DNA from: a virus
Taxonomy: Duplodnaviria; Caudoviricetes
Strand: one strand, 5' to 3'
IMG/VR virus record: IMGVR_UViG_3300036987_000345
Span: 1-35,126 of that record
Length of the DNA: 35,126 nucleotides
Numbering within the stretch: position 1 is the stretch's first letter; each line of letters begins with the position of its first letter. Below, one piece after another: positions 26,662-35,126 of the stretch. Below the pieces are notes generated by a model. It was not told the origin of the DNA. It saw nothing but the letters and a program-made list of their open reading frames with translations, and made no database searches. The position numbers and the translations under genes were made by a program.

Positions 26662-26791
26662 TAAGTAAACACACTTATTTTACAAATATAATAAACTTTT
26701 ACGTCTGATTTATTCACTAATTTTGCCAGTCGTCTTCTAAAAGTGTTATAATAGTGTTATAGAAAATTATACTAAATTAATCAGCAGAATG

Positions 26792-27049
26792 TTATTCTGT
26801 TGAAATATCAATTGTTGACCCCACGCCAAAATTTCCCGAAAGCTCAATCTCAATCAACTCTATTTCAAAAGTAGTGACTTTAAGAGATGTGTCCTCCGTT
26901 GTTGAATGAGCACAAACTTTCGTGCCCGGGATAAACTTCTTATCGCTTCTGAATATGAGTTTGTTATCTGAAGAGGTGAAAATGATTTCGGAATCTGAGC
27001 CCTGAATAACATTCCATTCATCCACTGTTTTTATAATTGAGTAAATCAT
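26792..27049 (-). CDS. Small hypothetical protein at the end of the tail module
   Basis: 85 aa, 3 bp after the upstream gene. Confidence 0.65.
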   Translation of the reverse strand: MIYSIIKTVDEWNVIQGSDSEIIFTSSDNKLIFRSDKKFIPGTKVCAHSTTEDTSLKVTTFEIELIEIELSGNFGVGSTIDISTE

Positions 27050-27052
27050 TTT

Positions 27053-28093
27053 TTATGTTCCTAGCTCAAATAATATTCTCCAAGTATCTCTACCGTCATT
27101 AAAATTAAATCCAACTAAATAATACTTAGTGTTATACTGATATATTGTTCCTGCACCAACTGAAACAGCTATTGTGTTTGCAGTAAATATTCCCTCAAGT
27201 GCAGAAGTTTGCTGAATAATAAAAGTAGTATCTGTAGCTGAACATAACCAAATTTTCCCAAACATAACGTTGTTAATTCCACTAAAGGTAAATAAATTTG
27301 AAGGCAGTCTTCCACTTGAATTTATTATGGATAAACCACCATTCACTGAGTTAAAAGCTTGAACACTTGTTTGAGTTATTCCTTCAAAAGCAACACCGAA
27401 AGTTCGGCCATTAAATCCGACCATTCCATTTATATCTAAGCCTTCTGTTATGGCACCAACATTGTGCTTATATCCAGCCCATCCTTTATAAGTAAAACCC
27501 ATAGTCCCAAGTGGTACACCGTTAGCTTTATTTATCGACATTAACATAAATGAATTTGAAGTTTTCCAAAATATTATTTTTGGTATTAAACTCATTGTTG
27601 TTGTTGTTCCACCATTAGCCATCCACATACAAGCTTGGTCAGTGTTATTGTTAGCAGTCCATAATTCACTAACCCAACTTGAAGTAGTAGGAACAAATAA
27701 AGTTCCACCTGAAACTAAGTGCTTTACTCTTGGAAAAAAAATAATATATCCAGAAGTTGCGCTTGTAAATTTAGCAAGCTCATAAACAATAGCATTGGGT
27801 GTTGCTTGGCTCAAGCCCGGATCGTCACTCATATAAAATCTTATAGTGTTGGTTGTGGTGCTTGTATTTTTTGCGGGTGCAGAAACTAAACTTCCAACAA
27901 CTCCTTGTAAAAATGCTGGAGTGGGAGAACTAGCTGTTATAAGTTTAATTCTTGTATCGAAAGTTCTCATTGCATCAAAGATTTGCCACATAACATAATC
28001 TTTGCCAATTGTTGTTCCATCAACTTCTCCTGCTACTGGATCAAATCCACTTAAATTATCATTGATCGTTGCAAGGTTGTGCGATATTGCCAT
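27053..28093 (-). CDS. Putative tail fibre / receptor-binding protein
   Basis: Thr/Ser/Gly/Asn-rich, beta-strand-like composition; distal position in the tail module. Confidence 0.55.
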   Translation of the reverse strand: MAISHNLATINDNLSGFDPVAGEVDGTTIGKDYVMWQIFDAMRTFDTRIKLITASSPTPAFLQGVVGSLVSAPAKNTSTTTNTIRFYMSDDPGLSQATPNAIVYELAKFTSATSGYIIFFPRVKHLVSGGTLFVPTTSSWVSELWTANNNTDQACMWMANGGTTTTMSLIPKIIFWKTSNSFMLMSINKANGVPLGTMGFTYKGWAGYKHNVGAITEGLDINGMVGFNGRTFGVAFEGITQTSVQAFNSVNGGLSIINSSGRLPSNLFTFSGINNVMFGKIWLCSATDTTFIIQQTSALEGIFTANTIAVSVGAGTIYQYNTKYYLVGFNFNDGRDTWRILFELGT

Positions 28094-28101
28094 TTTATTT
28101 T

Positions 28102-28611
28102 TTACTCCGCGTAAGTTATTAAGCCACTAAAATTATTTATTTCATACATGCTAAGAGATGCTAAAGAAAGACTTATCATCATTTCAACTACACCACCACC
28201 ACCTTCAAAGGCATACCAATCACCATTTCTTCTACCATAAGTATTTCCATCTTCAGGAGCATCATCAGTTATTTTTGAAGATATGATTTTCCAAACAGCA
28301 TTATTAGTTGTTGAATCTGTGCATTGAAAAACAGTATCACTATTTGTGTTAATCCAAAGACTTCCAATAAAATAACCTTGAGTATTATCATTTGAGATTA
28401 TCGGATTAACAGTTGCAGTGTAATTATTTTTCATATCACTAATTTCCGATTGAGAATGAGTATGATCTTCAGGTGGAAAAACTTCAGGCTTATTTTGAAC
28501 ATTAGCCCATTCAACAATTGTAGAGATAGCTTGATTCACTACAGTTGAAATTGCTTGAGTAAGTTTTTTTCTTTCGGGAAATATTTTTTTTAATTCTTTA
28601 GTAGTAAACAT
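28102..28611 (-). CDS. Short fibre/adaptor protein with an HxH repeat and a foldon-like motif
   Basis: WANVQNKPEVFPPEDHTHSQSEISD; GYFIGSLWIN; DAPEDGNTYGRRNGDW. Confidence 0.65.
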   Translation of the reverse strand: MFTTKELKKIFPERKKLTQAISTVVNQAISTIVEWANVQNKPEVFPPEDHTHSQSEISDMKNNYTATVNPIISNDNTQGYFIGSLWINTNSDTVFQCTDSTTNNAVWKIISSKITDDAPEDGNTYGRRNGDWYAFEGGGGVVEMMISLSLASLSMYEINNFSGLITYAE

Positions 28612-29085
28612 TTAGCCCTCCTCAGGTAAAGCTTCTTCAAAATAACTTGATTCAAGAGTAACATATTTTGTGCTTTTAAATTCTAATATCAATAAATCCT
28701 TATAGTCTGTTGTTTTATAATATCCTTCAGAAACAGATCTTAAAAACATTTCAACTTCTGCTTCAGCACTATCTTTCAAATAATCACCATCTCTGTGTCT
28801 ATAAAATCTAAATACTTTTCCTTCTGCTTCTCTTAGTTGTAAATATTTTTCCATAGGTGTTAAACCGTTAACAGCAAATGAATATTTATTTATATGAATC
28901 TTACAAGTATAAGTCCAATATTTGCCTAAGAGTTCAATCTCTCTATGACCATTAAATTTACTTTGATGAATTAAAATCTCATCTTCAGGTTCATCTTTTA
29001 ATACTACTACATAGTCTAATAATATAGTAGTATTTTCTCCTGCAGGATCAAAAATAATTTTAGGTGCTTGACTTCCAAATAACAT
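28612..29085 (-). CDS. Tail-tip protein, possibly Dit-like; paralog of the N-terminus of 29091..30146
   Basis: Shared LFG...PK, G..WTY..K..I.KY, P..KY..L...E, YRH.DGD and KD.L.L.F.S. Confidence 0.55.
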   Translation of the reverse strand: MLFGSQAPKIIFDPAGENTTILLDYVVVLKDEPEDEILIHQSKFNGHREIELLGKYWTYTCKIHINKYSFAVNGLTPMEKYLQLREAEGKVFRFYRHRDGDYLKDSAEAEVEMFLRSVSEGYYKTTDYKDLLILEFKSTKYVTLESSYFEEALPEEG

Positions 29086-29090
29086 AATAA

Positions 29091-30146
29091 TTATGCTCCA
29101 TCAGGTTTATAAAAAACAGTTATATTATCAAATGCAGGAGGTAATCCACTTGAATAAAATGCTCCTATACCACCAATGCCAATCATAAATTTTTGTGAGT
29201 CCATTCCAGTTAAAATAATTGGATCTTCATTTATTGGAATCCAATTCCCAATTTTATTTAGCTTAACAAAAAAATAAATGCAATTTGTTATTCTGTTATA
29301 AATAATTTTGTAAGAATTCCATTGAGAAGTTGGAACAGTTGTTTGGGTATCAACACTCCAAGTAGGATAACCTATACTTGCTTTCATAGTTATTACCTTT
29401 GCATTAGAAGTGCCGAGAAAAGTTAAACCAAATAAATAATTTGAATTGGCTCTGCACATTAGCATTGGATAAGCACCATAACCATTACCACCCCAAGCAT
29501 CGCAAGTTATCATTATATGAGAATCATTACTACTTATTAAACTTGAGACAAATCTATTTTGATTATAAGTATTTATTTCCGAAGTATTGCAACCTGCAAC
29601 ACACACACCTGCATTTGGTGTTACTGTTTCATCTTTAACAGTAAAACCACCTCTTATCCATTCACTTGTGTTATAAGTATTTCCTGTAAAGTCAACGAAC
29701 CTTGTTATATACCCAGCAAAATCATAATCTCCATCTATAAAATCTTTTGATAAAAAAGTTAAAGTGAGACAATCTTTTTTTGTTTCAAAACTTAGATATA
29801 ATTCATTAACTGAAACTAAAAAGAATTCTATTTTATCAAGTGTGCTGTTATAAAAAGTATCACCATCTGAGTGTCTGTATAACCACACAGATGAATTCTC
29901 ATAAGATTTTAATTCTTGATATTTAGCAAGCGGGTCTGCATACTTATAAATAAAAACTTTTACTTTATAAGTCCAATGCCTTCCAGCATTCTTAAAAACT
30001 TTTTTTCCTGTTTTAATTGAAGTAGATGAATATTGATAAGGCACAGGCTTATCTTCTAATATAGAAGAATGTTCAAGAAGAACTTCATCTTGTGTTGTAG
30101 CAATGTTTCCAATAAATTTAGGGTAGCTAATTCCAAATAGACTCAT
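29091..30146 (-). CDS. Tail-tip protein with a C-terminal beta-sandwich (lectin-like) extension
   Basis: N-terminal ~140 aa are paralogous to 28612..29085; C-terminal QWNSYKIIYN...IGIG...FDNITV pattern. Confidence 0.55.
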   Translation of the reverse strand: MSLFGISYPKFIGNIATTQDEVLLEHSSILEDKPVPYQYSSTSIKTGKKVFKNAGRHWTYKVKVFIYKYADPLAKYQELKSYENSSVWLYRHSDGDTFYNSTLDKIEFFLVSVNELYLSFETKKDCLTLTFLSKDFIDGDYDFAGYITRFVDFTGNTYNTSEWIRGGFTVKDETVTPNAGVCVAGCNTSEINTYNQNRFVSSLISSNDSHIMITCDAWGGNGYGAYPMLMCRANSNYLFGLTFLGTSNAKVITMKASIGYPTWSVDTQTTVPTSQWNSYKIIYNRITNCIYFFVKLNKIGNWIPINEDPIILTGMDSQKFMIGIGGIGAFYSSGLPPAFDNITVFYKPDGA

Positions 30147-31408
30147 TTAATATATTCCATTTCTATGTTATCTGTATTTATATCTGTTACTTTTATAGAT
30201 AAAACATTTGCTAAGTTTAATGCCAAGCCAACTGAAGCATAAGTTTGAACAGTAACTTTAGTATATGAAATAAGTTTCCAATCTCCGAGATACATAACAG
30301 GAAAAGATCTTCCTGCAAAAACAGGCTCGACTAACCAGCACTTGTGAGTACCTTCAAACGAGTGAAGAACAATTGCATTAAAATTATTATACCAAGCAAT
30401 CACTGACTTATCATCGATAGTAACTACTGTTGAATTATAAATATATTCAGCAACATCATTTGGATCGCCATTATACTCACTACTTGAATCATAATAATAA
30501 GCTTGATTAGCATTCAATGGGAACCAATAATGCCTAAGACTCGGGACAGGAGGAGAACCTGAAATAATTATTTTTCCTGTGTGTGTTTTAAGACTTGTAT
30601 AGCTAAGAGTTAATGCTTTAGTCTGAGGGTCAATACCTTCTTCTTCATAATCTAAAATATCATCATCATCAATTGAAAAAATTTCTTTATGATTTAATAT
30701 ATAAACAGAAGAATCATTTTTTATTTTTATAACAAGACCTGTTAAAGAAAATAAAAAGGATAATAAGTCAAATAAGTTAACTCTATTTCTAGTTCCCTCT
30801 TCAGTGTTCAAGTAAGAAGGATGCCAACACTTAGCTTGATTCAAACATAAAATTTGGTTTGGCAAAAAGAAAATATCAGTTTCACCAAAAGCAGGAACTC
30901 CTTCAAGCGGAGGTAAACCTGATCCTGTGCCTGTGTGATAATAACCACTTGCTGAGTAGTCAGTTTTTTCTGTCCATAAATTCCAATCAATAGTAATATT
31001 TATTGCAGATAAAATTGCAGCCATTAAAGAAGAATAATGAATCACTTCATGATCTTGACCATTTATATTTTTAATTGTGTCAACTGCATTCATTAAAATT
31101 TTGAAGTCATCATCTGTTTGAAATGATTTTAATTTTTCTAATATATGACTGACTGTTATATTATATGTTTTAGTCTCTTCGTTAAATGTTACTTTAGAAA
31201 TATAACCAAGATGAAGCATCTCATTGTTTCTATAAAAAGAAATAAGATCATCTTTTTCAAGTAGTGCTATTTTATTAGATACTACAAACGAATATCCTTC
31301 AGCGACTAAAGAATAATCTTCATTGCGAGTAATAATAGGAACAGCACCCAAGTCAGTAACGTAAGCTGATATATCGTTAATAGTATTATGATAAATTGAA
31401 TAAATCAT
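30143..31408 (-). CDS. Putative baseplate hub / tail-tip protein
   Basis: Follows the tape measure gene; DISAYVTD, LHLGYISKV..Y.ITV.H.L..LK pattern typical of hub N-termini. Confidence 0.5.
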   Translation of the reverse strand: MIYSIYHNTINDISAYVTDLGAVPIITRNEDYSLVAEGYSFVVSNKIALLEKDDLISFYRNNEMLHLGYISKVTFNEETKTYNITVSHILEKLKSFQTDDDFKILMNAVDTIKNINGQDHEVIHYSSLMAAILSAINITIDWNLWTEKTDYSASGYYHTGTGSGLPPLEGVPAFGETDIFFLPNQILCLNQAKCWHPSYLNTEEGTRNRVNLFDLLSFLFSLTGLVIKIKNDSSVYILNHKEIFSIDDDDILDYEEEGIDPQTKALTLSYTSLKTHTGKIIISGSPPVPSLRHYWFPLNANQAYYYDSSSEYNGDPNDVAEYIYNSTVVTIDDKSVIAWYNNFNAIVLHSFEGTHKCWLVEPVFAGRSFPVMYLGDWKLISYTKVTVQTYASVGLALNLANVLSIKVTDINTDNIEMEYIK

Positions 31409-31409
31409 T

Positions 31410-34169
31410 TTATAAGTTTCCTATTTGCAAGCCTTCTCGTTCCATTTTATTTATTATGCTTATAATACTTTTTGTTAGTTTCCTGCCATCAATATTTAAC
31501 CCGGTATTTATTGTTGGCGAAAAATCTTTAGCAATTAAATTCTTGTTAAGAATATCCAACTTTTTTGAAAGCTCTGAGAAAGATGAATCTTGTTTATTAA
31601 CTTGATTAGCTGGTGTAACCTGAACTCGCTCTCCACTTTCTACCAGCATGGGATATGAATCGTTATTGAACCCTGGAGGAACAATAAAATCTCCGCCCTT
31701 GGCAAACTTTGGTATTGCAAGAACTTGAGCGAGTGCCACGGTTGAAGCCAATCCTGCTGCTCCTGCCGCTGCAGCTCCACCAAAAGACATTATGGATGCA
31801 AATGCTGCCGCTGGTGCGTAAGCAGCTGCAAGTGATCCGCCAAGAGCAATACCCTTAGCAAGTTCTAATGATTTGAATGCATCTCCGATGACCTGGGCTT
31901 TTATCCAGCTTTGAATGTAACCTTTAACAATGTCACCAATAGATTGAAGCGTAACTGATTTCAGTGAGTTCCAAACCTCGGCCATTCTTTCTGATCCGGA
32001 AATATCAGCGTTACCCAGGGATTGCCAAAAAACATCATAAGCAGCAGACATTCCTTGAAAAGCTGAGACTGAAATATCACCAATAATTCCTGCCTGTTCT
32101 TGCCAGGCTTTCATTCTCCAATCAAAATACTCCTGCTCTAATTCTTTTAGCTGTTCAATTTCAAGTTGCTTTGCAATTGTCGGATCTCCGGTTGCTTCCA
32201 GAAGTGCTGCAGATTCTTCAGCAATTTTTTGAATCTTATATTTAAAATATTCTTCTGAAAGCGTGGATGATTGATCGTAAAAATTCTTAAGTGCATCCTG
32301 TCGCTTCGTGTAGTTTTCTGCTTCGAGTTGTGATTCTTTCTCTAGATCAATCTCAAGTTCTTTTTCACGGTCCTTCAATGAGTCAGCAACAATCTTATTC
32401 GTTGCGTCCGAGCCCTCTTTTTGAAGATCAATCATTTCCTGATTAAAGCGAGCGTATGCAAGTAATTTATTTTCTTCAGCCTTTGCAATCTCAACTGCAT
32501 TGCCCTTGGCTTTTGCAATTTCCTGATTATAAGTATTGTCAATTTGAGCAGTCCTGAAATCAACATAATCCTGAACAGCAAACTTTAATTTTTCAAACTC
32601 AGCAACTTGCTGAGCTGTGTATCCGGAGGGGATCTGAGATTCAAACTTTGTGGTGATGGTTTTGTCTGATTTCGAAGTATCGATATACTTATTCAGATCG
32701 TCAATTTCTTTTTGAATTTTCTTTGCATCAATACCCTTAACCTCAAGATCAATTTTTTGTTCTTCCAGGAATGTAATTCTATCTTGAACTTGACCAAGTG
32801 TTTTTCCAGATTTTTCCCAGCTCTTATTTATGTTCTCAATAATTCCAATTTGCTTTGTGTAAGCCTCATTTTCACCGCGTGCAATTTGTGTTGACTGAGC
32901 AACAGTTTTTAATTTTTTCTCTAGAGCGTCCACCTCATCATTAGTTAATCTAAACTTAGAAGTTGCATCCTTCAATTGTTCTTTAAGTTGATTCCCTTCA
33001 ACTTCATTTTGCTTGATTAATTCTTCATTTGCTTTTTTTCTAGCGCTTAGATCACCAATACCAATCCCTTTCACTTGAATCTGACTTGCTGCTGATTTTA
33101 GATTATCAAGTTCAAGTCTCAATTGCTCAGCTTCATAAGCCGCACCCTGGAACCATTGAGTAATTGTTTTCATTCCACCGGTGAGATTGACAATTAAAAA
33201 ATTCAGTCCTGGTATGCTAGCGATCAATCCGCCAATAGCTTCTTTTAGATCCCCGACTGCTGCTGCATATTGTTTTGTTCCACCCAAAGCCCCTGCTAAA
33301 GCTTTTGCTTGACCTCCATATTTATTCTCAATCTCTTTAAGAATAATATCCTGAGCACTCATTAAATCATTTTGTCTAACAAAACCAGCTATCATTTTTT
33401 TCTGTTCTTCAGTAAATGTAACACCAGCCCTGGATAGAGCACCAACACCAGCGATCGGATTTTCTAATGCTTTGCCTAATTGAATAGCTTGAGAAGTAAG
33501 TCCACCAATTTCACCTCCAGCAATGACAGCATTCAGATCTAAGACAGCCTCTTGAGCTCGCTTGAATGAAGATCCTGTTATTAGAGTAAAAGTTAAAAGT
33601 TGTTTTGTAACTCCTTTAAGTATTTCCTCATCACCAACCCCGGTAATATTTTGTAATTCAGAAGCCATTGCTTTTAATTGAATAGCCGTAAACCCTGCAG
33701 CTCCACCGGTTCGCCTTACTGCTTGTTCAACTCCGGCGACTGCTTTAGCTTGTTCATAAAATAATTTTATCGATTCACTTACAAATCTGAATGCACCACG
33801 GATTCCACCAAGAGCAACAAACCCGGCAACTATCTTTGCACCTGTTGACATTCCAGTCTTTCCAAGGCCTTCTAGTTGAGTGTTGACACCCGATATTAGA
33901 GTTTTTGTTCTGTTGATCGATCCAGCATCAACATTGGTTTTTAGCTGTTGATTAAATCTAGCCTGAAGTTTATCTCGATACGATTGCAACTCTGTGATTT
34001 TGAGCTTAGCAATGCTGTTATCAAACTTTGCTTTAAACGATAGGCTTTTTCCCATCGCTGCGGATTCCTGATTGAGTTTTGTCTTTAACTGAGATAATTC
34101 TTTATTAAGACTCTCAACATCAGCCCGGATTTTGACATAAAGCTCCCCAATATTTTCACTATTTGGCAT
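31410..34169 (-). CDS. Tail tape measure protein
   Basis: 919 aa helical; IGELYVKIRAD start, QLGKALENPIAGVGALSRAGVTFT, C-terminal PKFAKGG..GE.V and IDGRKL. Confidence 0.92.
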   Translation of the reverse strand: MPNSENIGELYVKIRADVESLNKELSQLKTKLNQESAAMGKSLSFKAKFDNSIAKLKITELQSYRDKLQARFNQQLKTNVDAGSINRTKTLISGVNTQLEGLGKTGMSTGAKIVAGFVALGGIRGAFRFVSESIKLFYEQAKAVAGVEQAVRRTGGAAGFTAIQLKAMASELQNITGVGDEEILKGVTKQLLTFTLITGSSFKRAQEAVLDLNAVIAGGEIGGLTSQAIQLGKALENPIAGVGALSRAGVTFTEEQKKMIAGFVRQNDLMSAQDIILKEIENKYGGQAKALAGALGGTKQYAAAVGDLKEAIGGLIASIPGLNFLIVNLTGGMKTITQWFQGAAYEAEQLRLELDNLKSAASQIQVKGIGIGDLSARKKANEELIKQNEVEGNQLKEQLKDATSKFRLTNDEVDALEKKLKTVAQSTQIARGENEAYTKQIGIIENINKSWEKSGKTLGQVQDRITFLEEQKIDLEVKGIDAKKIQKEIDDLNKYIDTSKSDKTITTKFESQIPSGYTAQQVAEFEKLKFAVQDYVDFRTAQIDNTYNQEIAKAKGNAVEIAKAEENKLLAYARFNQEMIDLQKEGSDATNKIVADSLKDREKELEIDLEKESQLEAENYTKRQDALKNFYDQSSTLSEEYFKYKIQKIAEESAALLEATGDPTIAKQLEIEQLKELEQEYFDWRMKAWQEQAGIIGDISVSAFQGMSAAYDVFWQSLGNADISGSERMAEVWNSLKSVTLQSIGDIVKGYIQSWIKAQVIGDAFKSLELAKGIALGGSLAAAYAPAAAFASIMSFGGAAAAGAAGLASTVALAQVLAIPKFAKGGDFIVPPGFNNDSYPMLVESGERVQVTPANQVNKQDSSFSELSKKLDILNKNLIAKDFSPTINTGLNIDGRKLTKSIISIINKMEREGLQIGNL

Positions 34170-34242
34170 AACTTAACCCTGATGAATAATTCTTGAAGTT
34201 TGTACAGATAATTTTTATTTTAGACCTAAAATTATTTGCAAA

Positions 34243-34830
34243 ATGAAAACACGAAAGACAGCTATTCAAATTTGGGACAAGATAAAGTCTTGTTCTCTTA
34301 TCGATAACATTACTGGTTGTTGGAGCTATAGATCCCCTCACGTAGGGTTTAATAGTAAAGCAATTCGTTCTCACCGCTTTAGTTGGTTTTATAATTTTGG
34401 TGAATTCCCAAGTGGCCAAATTTATCACATCTGCGAGAATTTTAAATGCGTTAATCCTGAACATCTTTACATTCCTGAAGGTGATGAATCTTATAAAAAA
34501 TATTTTTTCTATCATATACATAAACAACCTGACAGCGGATGTTGGTACTGGCTTGGTTCTAAAGATAAAAAAGGATATGGTCTTATCCCGATGAAAGGGA
34601 GAAGTGAACGAGCGCATCGTTATAGCTATAGAGTATTTAAGGGCATAATACCATCCGGTTATCAGATTTTGCATCAATGCGATAATCCAAGCTGTGTGAA
34701 CCCTTCCCACCTTGATGTTGGTACAAATACAGATAATATGGTAGATAAATTTAGTAAGAATCGACAAGCAAAAGGTAAATTGCTCAGCGATGCCTGTAAA
34801 AAAGGATGGGCTCACAAAAAAACTGCTTAA
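34243..34830 (+). CDS. HNH homing endonuclease with two tandem HNH repeats, antisense to the tail operon
   Basis: GCW..RSHRFSW..IYHICENFKCVNPEHL and GCW.W.G..GYG..RAHRYSY..ILHQCDNPSCVNPSHL..GT..DN..D. Confidence 0.88.
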   Translation: MKTRKTAIQIWDKIKSCSLIDNITGCWSYRSPHVGFNSKAIRSHRFSWFYNFGEFPSGQIYHICENFKCVNPEHLYIPEGDESYKKYFFYHIHKQPDSGCWYWLGSKDKKGYGLIPMKGRSERAHRYSYRVFKGIIPSGYQILHQCDNPSCVNPSHLDVGTNTDNMVDKFSKNRQAKGKLLSDACKKGWAHKKTA

Positions 34831-34836
34831 TGTCAT

Positions 34837-35103
34837 TTAATTTAACCTGCCTTGTCTTCTAAAAAATTCAATCTCTTCCAAAAAATCATTGTGTTTGTCC
34901 TTAGCGTCCTGGTAGTTAAATTTTCCACCTCTGTAAAGGTTCGCGAGGTTCTGTGCCTGTTCTAATCGTGCCTTGTAATCAGTTATGTAAAGTCCGTCCA
35001 CATCATCCCAACTGATTTTAGTAAAATTGCAAATCAATCCTCTTGCAACGTTACAGCTAATCCTTCCCTCTCCGGAAGAGTCATCGTCATCACTTTTTTT
35101 TTT
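34837..35103 (-). CDS. Tail assembly chaperone, frameshifted C-terminal part (gpT-like)
   Basis: The -1 frame is open from the A10 run (35103-35094) through the called ORF 34837..35037 and is closed by TGA just upstream of the run. Confidence 0.7.
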   Translation of the reverse strand, partial: KKKSDDDDSSGEGRISCNVARGLICNFTKISWDDVDGLYITDYKARLEQAQNLANLYRGGKFNYQDAKDKHNDFLEEIEFFRRQGRLN

Positions 35104-35126
35104 AATGCTTCAACGTCAACACCTTC
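35034..35126 (-). CDS. Tail assembly chaperone gpG-like, C-terminal end (partial)
   Basis: ...EGVDVEALKKKVMTMTLPEREGLAVTLQED*; contains the A AAA AAA slippery site; upstream of the tape measure gene. Confidence 0.65.
   Translation of the reverse strand, partial: EGVDVEALKKKVMTMTLPEREGLAVTLQED

Larger units (their letters stand above)
26525..26761. mobile_element. Phage attachment site (attP-like)
   Basis: tRNA-Asp 3' half as the core; AGTGTTATA direct repeats at 26527, 26539, 26742 and 26753 on both sides; phage genes on both flanks. Confidence 0.85.

Noticed and set aside
26617-26700. Full-length functional tRNA-Asp gene
   Set aside because: The D-arm, 5' acceptor strand and 5' anticodon stem are absent; similarity stops at the anticodon loop.
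26525-26761. CRISPR array from the AGTGTTATA repeats
   Set aside because: The repeats are 9-11 bp, in two pairs without regular spacers, and no cas genes are present; arm-type integrase sites explain them better.
26792-31408. Diversity-generating retroelement or invertible tail-fibre cassette
   Set aside because: No reverse transcriptase, invertase, TR/VR pair or flanking inverted repeats were seen in the window.
34159-34836. 225-aa minus-strand ORF colinear with the tail operon
   Set aside because: Antisense shadow of the plus-strand HNH gene, which has clear motifs; the shadow has none.

Overview
The window is almost entirely a temperate long-tailed (siphovirus-like) phage genome. The minus strand from about 21750 to 3223 carries the lytic operon: small regulators, a recombination module (putative annealase plus SbcD/SbcC with two inserted HNH genes), an SF2 helicase, a DUF4373-type replication initiator with internal repeats, small nucleases, a ParB-methyltransferase fusion, TerS, TerL, an SPP1-type portal and a gp7-like minor head protein. 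The plus strand from about 21900 to 26523 is a tightly coupled lysogeny operon: CI repressor, TPR-like protein, lipoprotein, small ORF, tyrosine integrase, then a SAMHD1/YwfO-like HD hydrolase coupled to a YwgA/Panacea-like partner. That pair is the best candidate for a new defence or toxin-antitoxin system. At 26525-26761 is an apparently complete attP: the 3' half of tRNA-Asp, a terminator, and four arm-type repeats on both sides. Tail genes lie beyond it (26792-35126, minus), so the sequence looks like the excised/circular form or a tandem junction. Positions 1-3219 hold moron-like accessory genes. The ORF track misses a SymE-like gene frameshifted at an A9 run, a candidate ~75-nt antisense RNA, the tail-chaperone -1 frameshift site and a nonsense codon in the first gene's signal peptide. 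All calls come from reading motifs by eye; no searches were run.
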